Shown: positions 47,639 to 58,364, counted from the first letter of the stretch. The stretch is 64,000 nt of DNA from Candidatus Obscuribacteraceae bacterium (GCA_044229845.1 JBGASG010000001.1:896001-960000), one strand, 5' to 3'. A program made the numbers and translations. Notes: generated from the letters alone by a model not told the origin.

Positions 47639-48628
47639 TTGACACTGCTTGATATTCGCAATCTTTCCGTTGTTTTCGATACGGAGGCGGGGGTGGCGAA
47701 AGCCGTCGATAATCTTTCGTTATCTGTTGAAAAAGGTTCTGTGCTCGGGGTTGTCGGCGAGTCTGGTTGCGGTAAATCCGTGACGTCGCTTTCAGTTCTG
47801 CGCCTGATCCCGCCTCCCGGTCGCATGGTCGGTGGACAGGTCCTGCTCAACGGCACCGATCTCGCTCAGTTGCCTGAAGAGAAAATGCGGACGATACGCG
47901 GAAACCAGATTGGATTGGTTCCGCAAGACCCGATGACTTCTCTCAACCCTGTCTACACGGTGGGACAACAGATAATCGAGGCTGTTGAGCTGCACCAGAA
48001 GGTCGACCGCGCTGAGGCTCGCAAACGGGCGATTGAAGTACTGGAGCGCGTGCGCATTCCACAGGCTGCCGGACGCATCGACGACTATCCGCATCAATTC
48101 TCCGGCGGCATGCGACAGCGCGTCATGATTGCCATGGCTCTGTCTTGCCAACCGGAACTTTTGATTGCCGATGAACCGACAACCGCGCTCGACGTCACCG
48201 TGCAGGCGCAGATTCTCGAACTGATGCGCGAAATTCAGCGCGAGCGCGGCATGGCTATTTTGCTGATCACCCACGATCTCGGTGTGGTGGCAGAGATGTG
48301 TGACAACGTCGTCGTCATGTACGCCGGTTCGGCGGTTGAGTATGCAACCGTCAGCGAACTCTTCAATAGACCGAAGCATCCCTATACAGTCGGCTTGCTC
48401 AATTCGATTCCGCGCCCGGGCAGCGATCGACTGGTACCAATCGATGGGCAGCCGCCCAGCTTGATCAACTTGCCCGACGCATGCCGCTTCGCGCCACGTT
48501 GTCCGTTAGTGGAAGACAAATGTTTGCGCGGCGTGCCGGACCTGGAAGAAAAACTTCCCGGCCACTATGCGCGGTGCGTGGTCGTGCCCAGCGAAATGCC
48601 GGCCGCCGCCGGCAGCAAATCATCATGA
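47639..48628 (+). CDS. oppD: Oligopeptide/dipeptide ABC transporter ATPase (OppD/DppD)
   Basis: [28 protein letters not shown]-terminal Cys cluster. Confidence 0.92.
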   Translation: MTLLDIRNLSVVFDTEAGVAKAVDNLSLSVEKGSVLGVVGESGCGKSVTSLSVLRLIPPPGRMVGGQVLLNGTDLAQLPEEKMRTIRGNQIGLVPQDPMTSLNPVYTVGQQIIEAVELHQKVDRAEARKRAIEVLERVRIPQAAGRIDDYPHQFSGGMRQRVMIAMALSCQPELLIADEPTTALDVTVQAQILELMREIQRERGMAILLITHDLGVVAEMCDNVVVMYAGSAVEYATVSELFNRPKHPYTVGLLNSIPRPGSDRLVPIDGQPPSLINLPDACRFAPRCPLVEDKCLRGVPDLEEKLPGHYARCVVVPSEMPAAAGSKSS

Positions 48629-50376
48629 TTCGACAAACTCAAAGAGTATTATCCACTGCTCAATTGCGTGCTCTGGAAGCCGCCTGGATTCAGCTGTGCG
48701 ACCCGTCCGGCTGGGGACTGGTGCTCATGGAGCAAGCCGGCATGCAATCGGCGTACCTGGCGATGGAGATGTGGAAGGAAGGTCCCGGCACCATAGTTGT
48801 GGTTTGCGGACGCGGCAACAACGGCGGTGACGGACTTGTGATCGCGCGCCACTTGCATCGGCTGGGGGCGGGCGTTTCCGTCTTTATGATCGACGGCGGC
48901 AAGAAAGCTAACTCGACTCTCAAAGGCGAGAGTCAGGTGAACGCGACCATTCTCGAATCAATGGGCATGCCGATCGCGCTGGTCGAAGCGGAAGACATGG
49001 AAGAGCTGGAAACCGCCCTCGATGAGGCGTGCCTGGTGGTCGATGCGCTTCTGGGCACCGGTCTGGATCGCGATGTCGAAGGATCTTATGCCGCCGTGAT
49101 CGAGGCGATCAACCGCAGTGCCAAGCCGGTCTTTTCAGTCGATGTGCCGTCCGGAATTAATTCGGACACCGGCGCCGAAATGGGAACCGCCGTGCGCGCC
49201 TGGCGCACCGCTACTTTCGGCTATCTGAAGGCGGGACTGGTGTGTTATCCGGGCGCCGACTTCGCCGGCGAAGTCGAGTTATTGGATATCGGCTTGCCGT
49301 CAGCCGACGAGCTGCCCGCTGAGATGTCTTCTGTGACCGATACCCTGCACCACCCCCGGTGGCTGCTCATGACCGGCGAAACCACCCGCGATTTGTTGCC
49401 GTACCGTCCCCAGGATTCACATAAAGGAACCTTCGGCGAACTGCTCACAGTCGCCGGCAGCGGCGGTATGACGGGAGCAGCGCTCCTGGCGGCGCGCACC
49501 GCCTTGAAGGCGGGCGTCGGATTGAGTCGGTTGTGCGTGCCGCGTTCGGTGATGGGACACCTGCCGCCCGGCGAAGTAATCTACTATGGTGTGGACGAAA
49601 CTAAGACCACGCAAGCGCTCACCCCTGCAGCCTGGAAACAAATAGAAACTCAGCTGCCCCGCGCCTCCGCCGTTTGTTTGGGACCCGGCATTGGTGAGGA
49701 TGCGGAGACGGTGCAGTTCGTGCACGAATTTATCAATAAGATTCAGCTGCCATGCATAATCGATGCCGATGCATTGAATGCGATTGCGCGCGATCCAGAT
49801 AAATTTCCGAAGGACAACGGCGAGAACTTCGTGTTGACTCCGCATCCGAAGGAGTTGTCGCGCTTACTTGATATTGGTGTCGGCGAGATTCAGGCGAAGC
49901 GCCTGCACTACGTGGTGGCGGCAGCGAAAAAATTCGGCTGCACGGTAGTCTTGAAGGGTGCCCGTTCGGTGGTCGCCAATCCCGATGGCGATGTCGCCAT
50001 CATCCCGACCGGCAATTCCGGCATGGCAACCGCCGGTTCCGGCGATGTTCTGTCCGGCGTGATCGGCAGCCTGCTTGCCCAGTCATTGCCAGCCTTCACA
50101 GCCGCCGCGGTAGGCGCCTACATTCACGGTATGGCCGGCGACATTGCCGCCGACCACGTCGGTGAAGACGGACTCGTAGCCGGAGACGTCGCCGATTGCG
50201 TACCCGAAGCTATTAAAGAACTGCGCGGCGAGGAATTCATCCGCTCTGAAATCGAAGAACAGATCATGGGCTCCGCGCCGGCATACAATCTGTTGCTCTC
50301 CTTCTTCCGGGCCGGCGAACACAAACCGATGGTAACCACCCCGCCGCCGAATAAGGGCGCCGGCACCGCCGAGTAA
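48625..50376 (+). CDS. nnr: Bifunctional NAD(P)H-hydrate epimerase/dehydratase
   Basis: CGRGNNGGDG, VDALLGTG, SHKGTFG, LTPHPKE, MATAGSGDVL. Confidence 0.93.
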   Translation: MIRQTQRVLSTAQLRALEAAWIQLCDPSGWGLVLMEQAGMQSAYLAMEMWKEGPGTIVVVCGRGNNGGDGLVIARHLHRLGAGVSVFMIDGGKKANSTLKGESQVNATILESMGMPIALVEAEDMEELETALDEACLVVDALLGTGLDRDVEGSYAAVIEAINRSAKPVFSVDVPSGINSDTGAEMGTAVRAWRTATFGYLKAGLVCYPGADFAGEVELLDIGLPSADELPAEMSSVTDTLHHPRWLLMTGETTRDLLPYRPQDSHKGTFGELLTVAGSGGMTGAALLAARTALKAGVGLSRLCVPRSVMGHLPPGEVIYYGVDETKTTQALTPAAWKQIETQLPRASAVCLGPGIGEDAETVQFVHEFINKIQLPCIIDADALNAIARDPDKFPKDNGENFVLTPHPKELSRLLDIGVGEIQAKRLHYVVAAAKKFGCTVVLKGARSVVANPDGDVAIIPTGNSGMATAGSGDVLSGVIGSLLAQSLPAFTAAAVGAYIHGMAGDIAADHVGEDGLVAGDVADCVPEAIKELRGEEFIRSEIEEQIMGSAPAYNLLLSFFRAGEHKPMVTTPPPNKGAGTAE

Positions 50377-51230
50377 TAAGTGACCCCTCGCCCGAAAAAG
50401 GTGCGACCGGGTGCCCCTATTTTTCCCTTACTCCAAATCAACACTTCTGTTTAAAAGCTCGATCGTTTCGGCGCCCGTGGGTCCTTTAAACACTTCTGTT
50501 GATTTGCCCTAAGGGCCGATCAGGGACGCACCCGCACAATCGAAGCCAAAACCAGCAACGATCGAAACCCCAAAAAGGAGGAAGACTGCGGAGGTTGACA
50601 CACCGCAGTCTTCCGTACAGCCAGGGGTTGGGACTGACTGTACCCGCCGCAAAATTATGAGCACCGCCAACGGTGCTTCAGGGGTTTTTTCCGCCGCCAA
50701 GCGGGATGTTCCACTGCCAAACGCCAAACCAAGGATGAGGTTTGTTCGCAAAGCCTGATTGGTGATAGTTACCTCAGACTACTAACTTCTATCCGCCACC
50801 GAGAAATTTTGGACAGTTCATGCCAAAAAAGAATGCAAGCGCAGGAGCCGTCCATCTCCCGCGCCTGCCGAGACCGCTCCCCACGGTCTAAACCTACGCC
50901 TTTCAGTCAGCATCTTCGTGCTGCTGTTTGTTGCTGACAAAACTTGGTTGCGTTTCTATCTGAAGGTGAGCACCTCTGTTGGGACGCTGCTCGATTCCTT
51001 CCTCATGTATCCGTTCGTAGACTTATTGCTTGCGCTGACGGCAAACAAATGATCTATCCGAAGGTGGAATTACATCGCTTTTCGCAAGACAGGTCGGGGA
51101 ACGAGACTGTCCACTAATAATGCAATAACGAATACGGGCACGAAATGGTCAAACGCGTCCCACCCGGTACGCAATAACGCACCGCTAGCTGCTGCGGTGT
51201 GGGCGCCGGTCGCCTGCGGCTGGTCTCGGG

Positions 51231-51830
51231 CTACAGGGCTTTCTGAAATTGTATGAGAGCGTAACCAATCATCGCAGCGGCCACAATGACGGGCGGCCAT
51301 GGCAATACGAACAGCCCGGCGAACAAGACCCAGAAACGCAAAGTCGTTGTTTTGAGCATCAGCAGCGATCCAAATATCGAAGTGATAAGCAAACCAACCA
51401 GCCCGCACGACAACTGCAAATTGCCGGTGCCCGAGTAGAGAATTTTCAGCTGCGGCGGTACAAGCGTCATCACCACCGCTAAAACACAGATTGGCAGCAG
51501 GGACACAAGCACTGTCTTTGCCTTGCCGGGTCGGTGATCTGCGCCGCCGACAATTGCCGCCACGCACAGGTAGACTAGGGCGATTGCCAGTGCCCCCATT
51601 CCAGCCACAATCGACATCAAGCCCAACAGTGCAATTGGTCTGCCGAAAAGTTCGTTCGCGAAAGTGGCTATCAGAATGACCAGTCCCAGGATATAGCTCA
51701 ACAAGCCGTGCAGACAAAATGAATGTGCAAAGGAAACCGGCTTCGAGTTGCTTTTCTGCACTGCGTCGGCGTCCTCACCTTCGACCAGTTCAGGCGTCTT
51801 TTGTTTCTCTTTGAACTCGTCGGAGACCAT
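51231..51830 (-). CDS. Hypothetical multi-pass membrane protein
   Basis: About 5-6 hydrophobic segments. Confidence 0.65.
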   Translation of the reverse strand: MVSDEFKEKQKTPELVEGEDADAVQKSNSKPVSFAHSFCLHGLLSYILGLVILIATFANELFGRPIALLGLMSIVAGMGALAIALVYLCVAAIVGGADHRPGKAKTVLVSLLPICVLAVVMTLVPPQLKILYSGTGNLQLSCGLVGLLITSIFGSLLMLKTTTLRFWVLFAGLFVLPWPPVIVAAAMIGYALIQFQKAL

Positions 51831-51839
51831 CGGATGCGA

Positions 51840-52865
51840 TCAAGCAAGTGCGCTTTCGGCGAACTCGATATGACCGGCTCCCGCATCCAGGCGGCAATTG
51901 ATATTGAGTGGGACGACTGATGTGTTCTTCGTTTGTCCGAAGGGCATGCCGAAGCAGGAGGGCTTGTCGAGTTTCTTCAAGCGGTCGCCGAATGTGTCAT
52001 CGACTGAGAGCATGTTGACCGAGCCTTTGCGGTCGCAGTTTTCGAAGGCACCGAGTGTGACACCACTGGCTACCTGCAGATAGCCTCCGATGTACAGCGT
52101 CGTGAACCAGCGATCGAGAATGCCGAACTGTTCGTTTCTGTCTTCGAGAAACAACACCGCGCCTTGCATATTGGGCTGGAAGGGCGTTCCCAGAAGCGAG
52201 ACGAACGCGGTCAGGTTTCCTCCCAGAAGATGTCCTTCCACCTCGTGCGCCACCGGACTGTATGCTGTCCAGCGCATGTCGTCGCCCTGCTGATTGTCGT
52301 TGATGTCGATTGGCTTCGGAGTTCCCTTGCCGGTCAACATGTTTTTCAATCGGTCGAAGGTGAGACGCGAATTCACCTGGTCCAGGTTTGGTGCGTGGAA
52401 GGTGACCAGCCCGGTAAGGGCGGTGATGGCGTTGAGCAGCGAGGTATTGTCGTCGCAGCCGGCGATGATTTTGGGAGATCTCGACAAGCCTTCGTAATCC
52501 AGATCATTCAAAAGATGCAACGCACCGAAACCACCCGTGGTGCAGAAAATCGCTTTGACACTTTTGTCTTTGACGAAACCGTTGAAGTCGGCGAGGCGCT
52601 CCTCGTCGGTTCCGGCCATGAAGCCGTGCGTGTTCATGGCGCTGGCGCCGACCACGGGAATCATGCCGAGCTGCTCAATCACCTGGATGCAGCGATGCAG
52701 GACCGAGGGATTCTCAGGACGGCTGCCTGGAGAAACCAGCGCTACGCGGTCGCCTTCTTTTAGAGGCGCGGCTTTCAGCGCGGGAAGAGGTTTCGTGCTG
52801 TTGCTTTCGGCTGCACCATTGTTGTTAGCAGATTTTGCTTTTGACTTCGATGACTTCAGTGGCAT
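51840..52865 (-). CDS. S66 LD-carboxypeptidase homolog, catalytic Ser/His apparently replaced
   Basis: GDRVALVSPG, GGNL, LFLED present; GYSD reads GCDD and FGH reads FGQ. Confidence 0.85.
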   Translation of the reverse strand: MPLKSSKSKAKSANNNGAAESNSTKPLPALKAAPLKEGDRVALVSPGSRPENPSVLHRCIQVIEQLGMIPVVGASAMNTHGFMAGTDEERLADFNGFVKDKSVKAIFCTTGGFGALHLLNDLDYEGLSRSPKIIAGCDDNTSLLNAITALTGLVTFHAPNLDQVNSRLTFDRLKNMLTGKGTPKPIDINDNQQGDDMRWTAYSPVAHEVEGHLLGGNLTAFVSLLGTPFQPNMQGAVLFLEDRNEQFGILDRWFTTLYIGGYLQVASGVTLGAFENCDRKGSVNMLSVDDTFGDRLKKLDKPSCFGMPFGQTKNTSVVPLNINCRLDAGAGHIEFAESALA

Positions 52866-53947
52866 GCCGACTCCTCGATGCGGAATCGTACTTTGCCGCG
52901 CGATGCTTCCAGCACCGCGGACACGCCGTAGGGAACGGTGAATTGATCTTTGCCGTGACCGAAGCGCAGCCCGTAGACAACGGGAATGCCGAGGTTGCCC
53001 AGGCGTTCGTGCAGCACTCGTTCGACGCTGTGATTGAGATGCAGCACGTTGCGGTGGCTGTCGCCTGGTTTGCACGAAACACACTCCGCAATCAAAATCC
53101 CGGCTGCTTGCTGCAACTTACCGGCGAGCAAAAGCTGGCTGAGGATGCGGTCGATGGCGTGCGGTTCTTCTTCCAGATCTTCGAGAAACAGCAGCTTGTC
53201 TTTTGTGTCGAGCGCGTAGGGTGTTCCTTCTAATTGACGCACCAGGGTCAGGCAGCCGCCGGTCAATCTGCCGCGCGCTTTGCCCTCGGCGATGATCAGT
53301 CGTGGTGGCGGATAAACCGGGCTCCAGACCTCATTCGGCACGGGGTCGGCAATCAGACCGATTGCGCGTGTCGACATCACTGCCTTCGTGAAGTAGTGAT
53401 ATGAGTAACTCGATTTGAAAAACGACGCCGCCATCGGTCCGTAAAATGTGACCAGTCCGGTGCGCTGGTGAATCGGCACATGCAGCGCCGTGATGTCGCT
53501 GTAGCCGACGAAGAGTTTCGGCTTTGATTTGATTAATTCAAAGTCAAGGAGCGGCAGGATGCGGGCGGCTCCATTGCCGCCCCGCAGTGGAACCACCGCG
53601 TCCACGTCCGGATCAGACCAGATTGTGTGGAAGTCTTCGGCGCGCGCCTCGTCTTGACCCGCGTAGTCGCTGTACGTCTTGAAGACGTGCTTGCCGATTT
53701 TGTACTTAAGACCAATCTTCGTCAGCCACTGGAAGGCGAACTCGATTTCGCCTTCTTCGAACATGGGGCTGGACGGGGCGATGATGCCGATTGTGTCGCC
53801 CTTACGCAGTGCCCGCGGCTTCACAAGCGGTGAGGGAGCAGGCGCACGCGACGGGCGCCTGTTTCTTCCGTCGTCATTCTCGCTGACAACCGCCGCCGGG
53901 TCCGTGGGGCTGGTCGCTGCCGTCTTACTAGTAGATTGGTCGCTCAT
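52856..53947 (-). CDS. S66 LD-carboxypeptidase (LdcA/MccF family)
   Basis: GDTIGIIAPS, RGG, GYSDIT, LFLED, FGH triad intact. Confidence 0.92.
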   Translation of the reverse strand: MSDQSTSKTAATSPTDPAAVVSENDDGRNRRPSRAPAPSPLVKPRALRKGDTIGIIAPSSPMFEEGEIEFAFQWLTKIGLKYKIGKHVFKTYSDYAGQDEARAEDFHTIWSDPDVDAVVPLRGGNGAARILPLLDFELIKSKPKLFVGYSDITALHVPIHQRTGLVTFYGPMAASFFKSSYSYHYFTKAVMSTRAIGLIADPVPNEVWSPVYPPPRLIIAEGKARGRLTGGCLTLVRQLEGTPYALDTKDKLLFLEDLEEEPHAIDRILSQLLLAGKLQQAAGILIAECVSCKPGDSHRNVLHLNHSVERVLHERLGNLGIPVVYGLRFGHGKDQFTVPYGVSAVLEASRGKVRFRIEESACH

Positions 53948-54044
53948 CTGTGCTCTAGTTTTACTGCATCGCGCCGGGAAGCGCCACTGAGGCGCCGCGA
54001 CTGCTATATTTATTACCCACACTTTATATGGATAGGACCGCAAG

Positions 54045-55277
54045 ATGTTGCGCACAGAGCCACAGCCACTGGAAACTGCTCCTGACGGGTTCTTTTCCGA
54101 GACGCAGTTAAGTTGGCTGCACAAGGCGCGCCAGTTCGCCGCCAAGATTCCAATTGAGGATGTGATTCGCAGCGACCGTGAAAACACTTTCCGGCGCGAC
54201 CTCTTCGAAGCGGCTTGCCGAGAAGGTTTCGGCGGATTGCCTTTTTCTAAGGAGTACGGTGGCACCGGTGGTGACTACGTCAGCTTCGCTTTGATCAACG
54301 AGGAGTTCGCGCGGCGGTGCGTTCCGATTATGTCGTCGCTGGGTGTGCATATACTCTGTCAGGAACCTATATATAGATACGGAACGCCTGAGCAAAAAGA
54401 GAAGTATCTCAGACCGTCGGCGACGGGAGAGTACCTGGCGGCATTCGGGCTCACCGAGCCGGGCGCCGGCTCCGACACGGCGGCGCTGGCGACGACCGCC
54501 AGGCTGGAAGGCGACACGTACATACTGAATGGCACCAAGACCTTTATCACCAGCGGTGGTGCGGCAGATTACTACATTGTCATGGCGAAACTGAATGACG
54601 CCGCCGGCGCGCTCAACGCGCCCGCCAAGTCCGATCGGACGATCACCGCCTTCATTGTGGAACGCGGCTTTCCGGGTTTTGAAATCGGACAAAAGTTCGA
54701 GATGCTCGGTATGCGTGGTTATGCCACATGTGAGCTGGTGTTCAGCAACTGCCAGGTGCCGGCCGCCAACTTGTTGGGCGCGCACGGAGAGGGACGGAAA
54801 GTGGCTCTCGGCAGTCTGGCCAAAGGACGCGTCACGATTGCCGCGCAGGCGACGGGATGGGCGCAGGGCGCACTGGACGCGGGCATCAAGTATTTGCGCG
54901 AGCGGCGCACCGGCAAATCAGGCGACGGCAATGGCGCATCCGCGCATGGCGAGGAAGACAACAATAGATTGAATGCCGTTGCCGCGGCGCTTGGTGAGCT
55001 GCATGTAATGGTGGAGTCGGCGCGCGTCCTCATGTACCAGGCGGCAGCCGCGATTGATCGAGGCGAAGGCGACGTGACACTGGCGGCGATGGCAAAAACG
55101 CAAGCCACGGATGCCGCCATGCGGGCATCGACCGAGATTATGACTTTGCTTGGTTCTGACGCGGCGCGCCCGGAGCTGCTTCTGGAGCGCATCTTCCGCG
55201 ACGCCAAAGCCGGGCAGATCTATGAGGGAACTAATCAAATTCAGCGCATGCTGATCGCGCGCTCGTTGATGAAGTAG
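54045..55277 (+). CDS. Acyl-CoA dehydrogenase
   Basis: FGLTEPGAGSD, NGTKTFIT, GMRG, RDAKAGQIYEGTNQIQR. Confidence 0.93.
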   Translation: MLRTEPQPLETAPDGFFSETQLSWLHKARQFAAKIPIEDVIRSDRENTFRRDLFEAACREGFGGLPFSKEYGGTGGDYVSFALINEEFARRCVPIMSSLGVHILCQEPIYRYGTPEQKEKYLRPSATGEYLAAFGLTEPGAGSDTAALATTARLEGDTYILNGTKTFITSGGAADYYIVMAKLNDAAGALNAPAKSDRTITAFIVERGFPGFEIGQKFEMLGMRGYATCELVFSNCQVPAANLLGAHGEGRKVALGSLAKGRVTIAAQATGWAQGALDAGIKYLRERRTGKSGDGNGASAHGEEDNNRLNAVAAALGELHVMVESARVLMYQAAAAIDRGEGDVTLAAMAKTQATDAAMRASTEIMTLLGSDAARPELLLERIFRDAKAGQIYEGTNQIQRMLIARSLMK

Positions 55278-55282
55278 AGATC

Positions 55283-55846
55283 ATGGAAACGATACTGTTA
55301 GTCATGCGTATGGGACTGCTGCCTCTTTTAGTGGCGGCGGCAGCCGGTGCGGGTTGCTACAACGTCAACCGCCTGGTGATTTTGACCAGCGGCGCCCGCA
55401 GTTTCCTCATGGTTGCCATCGTTGCGGTCTCGGCACCGATGGTGGTGGCGCCGTTTTTCTTCGAGCCTGTGCCGCTCTCCAAACTGGTACTTGCTTATTT
55501 CATGTTTTTTGCCTGTATCCTTTGCTGGGCGGTGCTGGCGATTTCGCGCCACGGGCAGGAGGCCTTGCTGCAGATCGAAGAGGAGTGCTCTGAGCTGCGT
55601 GATGTTTCGATATTGGGCGCGACGCAGACACGCGCGCAGCTGGCGGACATCTCCGAGCGGCTGCGCCGGCAAGCGGAGCCGCCCAACGAGCGCGAAGCCA
55701 CAGCCCTAGTTTTGAAACATCTGAGTCCGATCGTCATGCTGTTTTTCGCCAAAGAGAAATCGATGCTCAAGTGGGGCATGGGCGCGTTTCAGCTGGCGCG
55801 TTCGTTCGCGAAATATCTGAACGCCAAGAAGAAAAATGAGGCGTAG
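55283..55846 (+). CDS. Hypothetical membrane protein
   Basis: Three TM helices; lies in the operon. Confidence 0.65.
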   Translation: METILLVMRMGLLPLLVAAAAGAGCYNVNRLVILTSGARSFLMVAIVAVSAPMVVAPFFFEPVPLSKLVLAYFMFFACILCWAVLAISRHGQEALLQIEEECSELRDVSILGATQTRAQLADISERLRRQAEPPNEREATALVLKHLSPIVMLFFAKEKSMLKWGMGAFQLARSFAKYLNAKKKNEA

Positions 55847-55911
55847 ATCATGCGTTGCAGGCATGATTCTTAGAGAATGTTTCAGTTGGAGCGCCCCACG
55901 AGTAGCGTGAG

Positions 55912-56883
55912 ATGGTGTCCGGAACTGCGTTCGATTTTCCAAGTTATGTGCAAGACAAGCGTTCCCAGCTGGAAGCGTGTCTGGCGGAATATCTGAGCGG
56001 CGACGAACCGCCGGCGCTCTGGGAGTCGATGCGTTATTCGGTGCTCGAAGGCGGCAAGCGCATTCGCGGCATGTTGTGTTTTGCGGCTGCGGAAGCGGTC
56101 GCCGGTGAACCGGCAGCTGCAGGCGGCACCGCATCAGTATCGGTCGCCGAGATTGTGATGCCGTGCGCCTGTGCCATCGAGATGGTGCATGCGATGAGCC
56201 TCATCCATGATGATCTGCCGGTAATGGACAACGATGATTTCCGGCGCGGGCGTCCGACCAATCATAAGGTTTACGGCGAAGCCCTGGCGCTCTTAGCCGG
56301 GGATGCGTTGCTCGTGCGCGCTACCGAAGTATTGGCGCGCCATACACCACCTGTGGTGGATCGCCAGGCGCTCATCGATGTGATTGCCGAATTCGCTCGC
56401 GTGTCGGGAGCGTGGGGGCTGGTGGGCGGGCAGGTCGACGACCTGGCATTCAGCGGGCAGCTGGCGCAGCAGCTGGCTGAACAGATCGGTGTCGATGAGA
56501 AAACGCTGCGCTCGATTCACCAGCGCAAGACCGGTGCATTGCTGAGTTTTTGTTCATGGTCGGGAGCTTATTTGGTCGGGGCGCGCGGCGATCTGGCAGA
56601 AGCTTTCAAACAATTCGGCGAATTGCTGGGATTGGCATTTCAAATTACGGATGACTTGCTGGATGTGACGGGCGACATAAAGACGCTCGGCAAGACGCCA
56701 GGCAAGGACGAGGCGGCACAGAAAACAACGTGGGTGCGTATGTTCGGCATCGAGCGGTCGCGCCAGCACGTGGTGGAGTTGCGTGAGCAACTAGAAGAAT
56801 TGTTGAATCAAACCGGCATCGCCAGCGGCAGACGCGCAGCGCTCAAGGCAATAGTGGACTATGCAGTAACCAGGCAAAACTGA
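55912..56883 (+). CDS. crtE: Polyprenyl (geranylgeranyl) diphosphate synthase
   Basis: GGKRIR, HDDLPVMDNDDFRRG, FQITDDLLD, GKTPGKD. Confidence 0.92.
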   Translation: MVSGTAFDFPSYVQDKRSQLEACLAEYLSGDEPPALWESMRYSVLEGGKRIRGMLCFAAAEAVAGEPAAAGGTASVSVAEIVMPCACAIEMVHAMSLIHDDLPVMDNDDFRRGRPTNHKVYGEALALLAGDALLVRATEVLARHTPPVVDRQALIDVIAEFARVSGAWGLVGGQVDDLAFSGQLAQQLAEQIGVDEKTLRSIHQRKTGALLSFCSWSGAYLVGARGDLAEAFKQFGELLGLAFQITDDLLDVTGDIKTLGKTPGKDEAAQKTTWVRMFGIERSRQHVVELREQLEELLNQTGIASGRRAALKAIVDYAVTRQN

Positions 56884-57407
56884 TGGACGTTATCAATTCA
56901 CTTATTTCCAACATCACGGTCGCGCAGACCGGCAGCAGTGCCCAGAGCCTCTGGCAGGGGCGCGGCTGGCAGGTGGTGGCAGCGTTCTTCCTGTGCAGTT
57001 TTCTGGCGCAAACCACCAAGATAGTCATGAAACTCATTCGTACCGGACACTTCGATTGGCGCATGCTGTCTAAGACTGGCGGCATGCCGTCCAGTCACAG
57101 TTGCTCGACCATGGGCATGGCGGCAACGGTTGGATTGATTGAAGGATTCAATACATCCATCTTCGGAGTGGCTCTGTGTCTGGCTTTCGTGGTTATGTAC
57201 GACGCGGCTGGAGTGCGTCGCAGCGTCGGGTTGCAGGCGAAAGTTTTGAACCAAATGATGGAAGAACTGTTCTCCGAGCACCACCAGATATCTTCACAAC
57301 GCATTAAAGAATTCTTGGGGCACACCCCTTTGGAAGTGTTGGTGGGTGCGGCACTCGGATGGGCGATCGCGTTCGGGTTCAACTGGTGTGCGTTACGGGT
57401 TTCTTAA
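56883..57407 (+). CDS. Divergent PAP2 family protein (DUF212)
   Basis: TGGMPSSHS, VMYDAAGVRR, LGHTPLEV. Confidence 0.92.
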   Translation: MDVINSLISNITVAQTGSSAQSLWQGRGWQVVAAFFLCSFLAQTTKIVMKLIRTGHFDWRMLSKTGGMPSSHSCSTMGMAATVGLIEGFNTSIFGVALCLAFVVMYDAAGVRRSVGLQAKVLNQMMEELFSEHHQISSQRIKEFLGHTPLEVLVGAALGWAIAFGFNWCALRVS

Positions 57408-57751
57408 CCGCAGTAAATAATTGGGCTTATGCCCTTGGAAACGTAGCCAAATAATACGAAAGTAATACTTGAATACTGCCTTTTATTGCGGAACTCCATT
57501 ATAATCAAGACCTTGAAAAGGGTTGTCAGGGCGGGGACTCGAAGTTCTCGCTTTCAGTGAGGAAATTACGAGTACATATAGACTGCACTCACAACCCATA
57601 TGCAGAATGCATCTGCAAATACCGAATACCAAAAAAAGTTAGCACTCACTTATCAACATTCACTCGGTACAGTTCAAAACAGAAAAAGGAGGAAGGCGGA
57701 TAAATTTGACGAGGGCACCTGAGCTCCGGACAAAAGTCTGCCGAAAACTAG

Positions 57752-58318
57752 ATGAATACGACGGTCACAACAAACCCCATCACTGCTAAGACGACATCGC
57801 CGCGTCGCTCTCGTTTTCCTGGGAAGGAATCGGGTTCAGTGTCTTTCAATTTGACGGCTCTCGGCCGCCAACTCTTGAAGGAACAAGCGGCAGCCGCCAG
57901 CGTGTCCAATGGTGACTACGTTGAAATGCTCATTCGTGAGCGTGCTGGTCAACCACCACTGAGACTGCCTGCATCCGCCAAACAAACCGGCCCCAAAGGC
58001 GGCGCCAAATCGTTCTTCTTCGGTAAGAACCGTGGCACCACCACCGCAGTATGCGTAACTCCGTTGGCTCACAGACTGCTCGACGAGCAAGTCGCTGCTT
58101 CGCGCATGAGCCGTGGCGATTACATAGAATACCTGCTGCGTGAAAAAGCCGGCTTGATCGATGAAGCTTTGAGAGCCGCTGTCGCAGCTGCTTCCGCTGT
58201 ACCGATTGCTCAATCGGCTCCAGCTCCGCAGCCTGTGATTGCCCAGCCGGAACAAGTCGAACAGACTTTCCAGCCGCCAACACCAGCAGTCACCACTGAC
58301 TGGTCCTTCAATAGCTAA
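57752..58318 (+). CDS. Protein with two tandem ribbon-helix-helix-like repeats
   Basis: SVSFNLTALGRQLLKEQAAAASVSNGDYVEMLIRE and TTAVCVTPLAHRLLDEQVAASRMSRGDYIEYLLRE. Confidence 0.7.
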   Translation: MNTTVTTNPITAKTTSPRRSRFPGKESGSVSFNLTALGRQLLKEQAAAASVSNGDYVEMLIRERAGQPPLRLPASAKQTGPKGGAKSFFFGKNRGTTTAVCVTPLAHRLLDEQVAASRMSRGDYIEYLLREKAGLIDEALRAAVAAASAVPIAQSAPAPQPVIAQPEQVEQTFQPPTPAVTTDWSFNS

Positions 58319-58364
58319 CTTTTTGAACAGAACTAACTAAGAGTTCCTCCTTCTTAAGCTGTTC

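Noticed and set aside
50509..50770. infC-like gene with an ATC start
   Set aside because: An ATC follows GAGG, but the translation has no IF-3 similarity.
52866..54265. Long N-terminal extensions of the two S66 ORFs
   Set aside because: They overlap neighbouring genes; better starts are at 52865 and 53947.
57639..57665. CIRCE element (TTAGCACTC)
   Set aside because: Only the left arm is present; the right arm reads CATTCACTC, not GAGTGCTAA.
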